Positions 61,552 to 64,000 of a DNA stretch of 64,000 nucleotides are shown here, in pieces. Both the position numbers and the translations under genes were made by a program. Numbering within the stretch: position 1 is the first letter of the stretch; each line of letters opens with the position of its first letter. This DNA comes from Isurus oxyrinchus (lineage: Eukaryota): positions 83,018,001-83,082,000 of the forward strand of contig JANJGN010000014.1 of assembly GCA_026770705.1 (NCBI GenBank), written 5' to 3'. The notes beneath the pieces are model-generated. The model had not been told where the DNA came from. It saw nothing but the letters and a program-made list of their open reading frames with translations, and did not search any database.

Positions 61552-64000
61552 GGGCTAAATAGGACACCTTGTGAAAGTGGGCATGGGATCATGAAACGCG
61601 ATTACCCTATGCGCATTGTGTAATCCAGGCAGCATTCATGCAAATTTGTGCTGCCTCCTCATTACCAGGATTGAAACATCCAACCAGTGCTAACCACCCG
61701 TTGTTGATTGCTTCACACCTCAGTAGGGGGTCCAAAATCATGAAAGGGCAACACGACATAAAACCAGCCTGCAGCTCTCAAAGGGGTAGCACATCGTGGC
61801 TACAACAGATGGCAGAGGTCCGTGTACAAGACATGGAAAAAGACTGAATAGTGGCACAATATGGGAGGGATCTTGCTCCAAGGTTATTGGTGTTGCACTG
61901 GAGGCCATGCTAAAGGAACTGGAAAGGAGAGGAGCAGTGCTATATCCACAGGGACCCAGGAGATCACTCCGATAACCGTAGAAGTCAATGCTAGAAGTCA
62001 AGGCCCAAGGGCCTGGGCACAATGTGGCAAAATGTTCAGTGACATCACATGAATGGTCACAGTTTCTGAATTCATCCTCAAATGCCATATCCCACCAGTT
62101 GCACCACTAGCCTCACACACTCCTCAGTGCACCACACCCTCCTCGTTCCATCAAACAGGACTCATACCTAACATTCATAGCTGCACCTCACCCTTAGCAA
62201 TGTTGCAAGTCTCACACCTATATCTCATAGTTTGTACACACTACCAGTTATTCAGCCATGACAGCCACATCAAACAGACAAATTGCACAACACTCACTGA
62301 CACGCTTCCTTCTCTCTTGCAGTACAAGGTGGCACATAACCCCAGGCAGCAGGACAGGCATGACTTCATGTTCTTACCCACAGCGAGGAGACCATGGTTG
62401 TTATCATTGGAATGTCACCATTGGGCCAGCAGTGGGACTAAAACCACAGAAGATGAGAGTATCCTCATATCTCTTCTCACATCTCACTTCCCCCCTCATC
62501 CCACAAAAGCTTCTGATTTACAGGTGCAGATAATGTACACGTTCACCTCTTGCTTCCCTTCACCATCTCTGCTCCACAAACTTACCCTTGTGCCTTTCTC
62601 CATTCAGAAATCCATGAGGTGTCAATTCACCAGGCACAAGGTGTCAGTTCAAGGATGAGACTACACATGAGTTCTGTGCAGAGTCCTCAGATGAGCACTT
62701 TGCTGGGGTAACCTAAAGAACATGGCTGCTAACAATGCATAACAAAATGCTTGGTGCATTGGAAGCCTGCCAGAAAACCTGTGTGCAATATTAAGGAGCA
62801 TTGAGGAGTCCAGCACCAATTTTGCACAGGGATTTGTGCTGAGCTTGAATCCTATCATTTTCAGCATGGCAAACTCCAAAGGTACACTTGTGGACCAAAT
62901 CATAATGCAGTGTCTGATGACTGATGGCTTAGCTTCCATTGCAGCATGATATCTCAGTGCTGAAGTGGAAGGTAAGACTTTTGCTATAAAGAGTGTGGAT
63001 GTCAGTGTTCAAAGATGTTTATGGAGCATCACAGTAGTCCAATAATGTGTCCTCCAACAGATTACTATTATTGCTGAGACAATAGCAGCCCCCCCACCCA
63101 ACCCCAGGAGAGAGATGGTGGTACTGTGGAGCACAACCTGCTGTTCTCCAGAATGACATCATTTATGCTTCTACCTGTACCACGTACCCTTGCTCTTGCT
63201 GGTTAGCCAGCCCAGACTGCTGCTGCTCATGCTGAGGTGGTGGAATCTGAAGCAGGGCATTTAAGAGCCAGACCTACTCAAAGTTCTCTTGCAAGAGCAA
63301 CTGCAGTCTCCCCTGTGAAACTCAGCAGCCTTCCACCAGCCATGCTGCAGCCACTGGGGAAGCACTGTGTAGCAGCATTAGGACAGGAAAAGGTGCCCGC
63401 AAGACTGGTACTAAGGGTTTCATTTATATTTGCATGCAGTATAGCATGCTTTGATTTATATAGCTTGAAGTGTTAATTTTATGTTAGTTTTTATTTTTGC
63501 ATTGTGACCATGCAGCTGCTATGATGGCCATTAACCAAGGGAAGGTAATGAGTGGTACTGTTGGTGAAGTTGCAGTTGAGGGTACAGTAGTTGCCAGATT
63601 TCAGTGAGGATGTCCTTATTGAAGTGCAGGTGTCTCACACAATGTTTCCTGCCAAGGTTCAGGTCAGAGAATTGCTCCCTGAACACCCTGGATGGATATG
63701 ACCTTCTGCTGAAAGCCCTGCTCCCCCTTCACCTTCACTTCCCTCTTCCAACAGCTTTCTTTACTTTGAACCAGCTCTGCAGATCCTCCCTGTCATGCTG
63801 TCTCCCAAAGGGAAATGCCTACTATTGTACCCATGTCTGGGAGGAACTAATTGGTGCAAAAGCCTTGAAATCAGGACAAAATCCTTCAGCAAAACCACAC
63901 CACTCCCTGTTGTTATGATCCCAGCTGATGTCACTACGAGACAAGTCAGATCCCAGGGTGGAACCCGGCTCAATAGATCCTAACTTTTATTTTTAGTTTA
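61552..64000. mobile_element. PIF/Harbinger element: Myb relic (+) and N-terminal stub of transposase (-); runs off the window
   Basis: VEVNARSQGPRAWAQCGKMFSDIT (Myb, ~61980-62050); minus strand RVFREQFSDLNLGRKHCVRHLHFNKDILTE (HARBI N-terminus, ~63700-63600). Confidence 0.75.

Noticed and set aside
62053-62658. 201-aa plus-strand ORF
   Set aside because: It runs through C/A-rich Harbinger Myb intron-like sequence and has no recognisable domain.
1-64000. Prokaryotic-type systems (CRISPR arrays, operons, defence loci)
   Set aside because: No regularly spaced repeat-spacer array or gene-dense region; the content is vertebrate TE relics with spliceosomal introns.

Overview
Eukaryotic (vertebrate) DNA that is almost entirely non-genic and dominated by transposable elements. 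The repeat families suggest a cartilaginous fish (shark); this is an inference. No intact host gene or intact autonomous element can be supported, and nearly all listed ORFs are TE relics or noise. Contents: (1) many CR1 LINE copies, one with ORF1 fused in frame to an endonuclease-less ORF2; (2) L2 and CR1-Zenon-like LINE fragments plus partner tRNA-SINEs; (3) at least five PIF/Harbinger elements with a spliced Myb/SANT gene with or without a HARBI1-like transposase, plus several MITEs with 3-bp TSDs; (4) a decayed Ty1/Copia (GalEa-like) pol gene split by nested insertions (16.2-23.7 kb); (5) solo LTRs; (6) a U6 snRNA retrocopy; (7) tiny Penelope-type inserts carrying minimal hammerhead ribozyme motifs, two of which begin exactly at ribozyme landmarks; (8) a tandem pair of a 143-bp tailless tRNA-headed element ending in a predicted three-way RNA junction. 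A 190-bp piece of local unique DNA has also been copied into a Harbinger intron. A few isolated splice-flanked segments could be host exons but could not be assigned.
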